Shown here in pieces: positions 59,846 to 62,239 of a DNA stretch of 62,239 bases. Source of the stretch: Candidatus Avilachnospira avistercoris (GTDB lineage: Bacteria; Bacillota; Clostridia; Lachnospirales; Lachnospiraceae); NCBI GenBank assembly GCA_018714145.1, contig DVNS01000130.1, positions 1 to 62,239 on the forward strand, read 5' to 3'. The stretch's first letter is position 1; every line of letters starts with the position of its first letter. The notes under the pieces were generated by a model. It was not told the origin of the DNA. It worked only from the letters and a program-made list of their open reading frames with translations, and ran no database searches. Made by a program: the position numbers and the translations under genes.

Positions 59846-59920
59846 TGTTAACGTCAGGCATAAATCGCCAAAAAGAGTCGGTCGATATTGACCAAAAAGA
59901 GTCAGGATGGAATGACCATT
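59846..59920 (+). repeat. IS21 left terminal inverted repeat with internal direct repeats
   Basis: Aligns without gaps to the reverse complement of 62165-62239 (about 47/75 identities, with blocks TGTTA, AGTCGGTCG and ATGACCA). Contains CCAAAAAGAGTC twice (59868-59879 and 59892-59903). Confidence 0.7.
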
Positions 59921-60004
59921 TTCAGCCGATCTAAAAAGCCACTACCATGGAACTTCAACTCCTTTATAATGATGTAGACCGATACATCAGCAGAAGGAGG
60001 ACAA

Positions 60005-61330
60005 ATGAATAATGAAGGACATGGTAATGACCTACAAAAAATAATAGCACAGGGCTTTGATGAATTAAAGCACATCCACGGAGAAAGTTTCGATCCACAA
60101 AAGGTGAATCTTGCGGAACTCGAACGGATCACCGGTCTAAGCCGCAGCCGTCTTCGTACTCTTAAGAAGAAGGGCTTCGATATGGCGGGAACTTCTGCGA
60201 GGTCTATGCCACAAAAGCCTACCGTACTCGATGGTTACACCGATATCATCGATGATCTCCTCAGTCAGGGAGTATCAAACAGCAGCGTATGCTTCGACCG
60301 CCTGAAAGAAGTGGGGTATACCGGAGGACTTACTACCATAAAGACTTATATCTCAAGGCATAGATACCTGTTACCGCCAAAGAGGCATTCAGTATCTCCT
60401 CAGGGAAATCGAGGGAGACGTTATGTCACGGATCCCGGAGAAGTCTTTCAGATGGACTGGGGATTCGTGAATGTCCATACAGATACCGATAAGGGCTATC
60501 AGGCAGCCTGCTTTGCCATGGTATGTCACCATTGCGGAGCCTGCTACATAGAATTCTTCCCCAACGCCAAGCAGGAGAACCTGTTCATAGGTATGCTGCA
60601 TGGATTCATAAAACTCGGAGTGCCCAAAACAGTACTTACGGACAACATGAAGAGTGTGGTCATAAGACGTGATGCTGAAGGGCATCCCATATGGCAGAAG
60701 GATTATGAAGCATTCATGGACACTGTAGGCTTCTTTACGAAGCTCTGCAGGCCAAGGCATCCCTTCACAAAGGGCAAGGTGGAAAGGCTCGTTCGGTATG
60801 TAAAGGAGAACTTCCTCTGTGCAAGGACTTTCGGCGACCTTACTGACCTGAACTACGAGGCCGAACGCTGGTGCTCCTTACGGAACATGAGACATACACA
60901 GGCTGTAGATATCCCCATAGCAGAGATCCATAAGACAAAGTGTTCTAATGCTCTGCACGAGCTGATCCGGACCGAGGACATAGACAGATATCTAAGCCCT
61001 GAAAGGATCATCTCTTTTGACGGATTCGTAAGCTTCGAAGGAAGGAGATATGGAGTACCTTACCGTTATACGGGAAAGACATGCCGTGTAAAACGGGAAG
61101 GCTATACGCTTTATGTCTATTCTGCAGATCTTAAAGAACTCCTTACCACCCACGATGTGACCTGGTCAAAGAGAGCCCAGAGCTGCGATGACCAGTATGA
61201 GATCATGGAACAGCCTGAAGAATTTCCAAGCCAGAAGGTGACGACTGACATCCGGCAGACAGAACCGCTGGAAAAGCCCACGGGCTTCGAAAAATTCAAC
61301 TTCGACCGGGAGGAGCTTTGGGATGAATGA
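60005..61330 (+). CDS. istA: IS21-family transposase IstA
   Basis: N-terminal HTH region and DDE core (FQMDWG, LTDNMKS, KGKVERLV). AGGAGG lies upstream of the ATG. Confidence 0.92.
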   Translation: MNNEGHGNDLQKIIAQGFDELKHIHGESFDPQKVNLAELERITGLSRSRLRTLKKKGFDMAGTSARSMPQKPTVLDGYTDIIDDLLSQGVSNSSVCFDRLKEVGYTGGLTTIKTYISRHRYLLPPKRHSVSPQGNRGRRYVTDPGEVFQMDWGFVNVHTDTDKGYQAACFAMVCHHCGACYIEFFPNAKQENLFIGMLHGFIKLGVPKTVLTDNMKSVVIRRDAEGHPIWQKDYEAFMDTVGFFTKLCRPRHPFTKGKVERLVRYVKENFLCARTFGDLTDLNYEAERWCSLRNMRHTQAVDIPIAEIHKTKCSNALHELIRTEDIDRYLSPERIISFDGFVSFEGRRYGVPYRYTGKTCRVKREGYTLYVYSADLKELLTTHDVTWSKRAQSCDDQYEIMEQPEEFPSQKVTTDIRQTEPLEKPTGFEKFNFDREELWDE

Positions 61331-62135
61331 TCAGTCTTTATTTTCAAGGATCAGTGAACAGGCATCCGGTCTTGGGCTTCCGTGCTCTCCCGAGGAGATC
61401 GCACACCTTGCGGAGATTAAGGACATGTCTCCGGATGGCATAAAAGCAGCCATGGAGATATTTGAATACCTCAGCCTTAAGAAACATGAGGCGAGCATCG
61501 CCACCAATCTGAGGCTGAGCCGCCTTCCCATAAAGGAGCCAAAGACCTTCGATAACTTTGATTTTAAAAGGTTCCATGGAAAGGAAGTTAGTTTGCTCGA
61601 GTCTTTGCCGTCCCTTTCCGGAATATATGCCCATAAGAATCTGGCTTTCATAGGGCCTCAGGGAGTTGGAAAGACGCATCTTGCCATGGCTTATGGCTAC
61701 AGCTGCTGCGAGCGTGGCCTCAAGACTTATTTCATAAAGGCCAATGAACTCAATCAAAAACTCCTTATGGCAAGGCGTAATGGTAAAGAAGGCTCCGTGG
61801 TCAATGGACTGGTAAAGCCGTCCTGTCTCATCATAGATGAGATAGGCAGATGTGACTTCGACCTTCAGAATACAAGGCTGTTCTTCGACATCATAGATCG
61901 CAGACAGCAGAAGGAGGGAGCAAACTGCATCATCTTTACCAGCAACAAGTCTCCCGACAAATGGATATCTTCATTCCATGAGGATGACACCTTGCTGTGT
62001 GCTCTTGATCGCAGCTTTGACGCTGCGACCGTATTCCTTTTTAAGGGAGAAAGCTACAGGGGTAAGAACCTTAAGACCGTAGCCCTTACCACCGGCAGGA
62101 CCCTTATCAAAGAAACTGCTGATGACAGATCATAA
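61323..62135 (+). CDS. istB: IS21-family helper ATPase IstB
   Basis: AAA+ Walker A GPQGVGKTHLA and Walker B LIIDEIG. 8-nt overlap with istA. Confidence 0.92.
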   Translation: MNDQSLFSRISEQASGLGLPCSPEEIAHLAEIKDMSPDGIKAAMEIFEYLSLKKHEASIATNLRLSRLPIKEPKTFDNFDFKRFHGKEVSLLESLPSLSGIYAHKNLAFIGPQGVGKTHLAMAYGYSCCERGLKTYFIKANELNQKLLMARRNGKEGSVVNGLVKPSCLIIDEIGRCDFDLQNTRLFFDIIDRRQQKEGANCIIFTSNKSPDKWISSFHEDDTLLCALDRSFDAATVFLFKGESYRGKNLKTVALTTGRTLIKETADDRS

Positions 62136-62164
62136 CGACTAAAGATAAAACATGGGGCTGGTGT

Positions 62165-62239
62165 ATTGGTCATCTTTGATTGACTGAAATTGGCTAATTG
62201 CGACCGACTATAATTGGTCATTTGCTCCCGGCTCTAACA
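62165..62239 (-). repeat. IS21 right terminal inverted repeat
   Basis: The reverse complement begins TGTTAGAGCC...AGTCGGTCG...GATGACCA and is colinear with the left end. Confidence 0.7.

Larger units (their letters stand above)
59846..62239 (+). mobile_element. complete IS21-family insertion sequence (2394 bp)
   Basis: istA and istB in the canonical overlapping arrangement. They are flanked by about 75-nt imperfect terminal inverted repeats that begin 5'-TGTTA. The right repeat ends at the last base of the window. Confidence 0.88.

Overview
62.2-kb chromosomal segment that looks like a Firmicutes/Clostridia genome. The Lachnospiraceae-like assignment is inference only, from gene content and order, AGG/ATA-rich codon usage and frequent TTG/GTG starts. 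About 60 protein genes are tightly packed, and all but one (rmuC) are on the + strand. Content is mostly housekeeping.

- DNA repair and replication: uvrA, dnaE, rmuC, ruvA, ruvB.
- Translation: lysS, hisS, aspS, gltX, tadA, dusB, a THUMP methyltransferase and a U32 pair.
- Metabolism: pfkA and pyrK-pyrD-pyrF.
- Stress: bcp-yaaA and hslO.
- Division and envelope: ftsEX with an M23 hydrolase and an S41 protease, zapA, and a GT2/GT-C glycosylation pair.
- Also present: pnp, and a NitT/TauT-type ABC importer.
- The window ends exactly at the right inverted repeat of a complete IS21-family element (istA/istB).

I found no rRNA, tRNA or CRISPR array, and no recognisable defence island.

The most unusual signal is a 2.2-copy tandem array of a ~153-nt, highly structured unit at 48768-49104. 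It lies in a 3.5-kb gene block that separates ruvA from ruvB. Differences between the copies preserve the hairpins, including C-to-T changes that give G-U pairs only on the + strand.

Secondary oddities:
- LysRS carries an appended tRNA-binding domain.
- A flavin-reductase gene inside the ABC operon has an in-frame KEN-rich repeat extension.
- A paired direct-repeat operator candidate lies at the yerC promoter.

All coordinates of hairpins, promoters and adjusted starts were counted by hand, so expect +/-2 nt. No database search or folding program was run.
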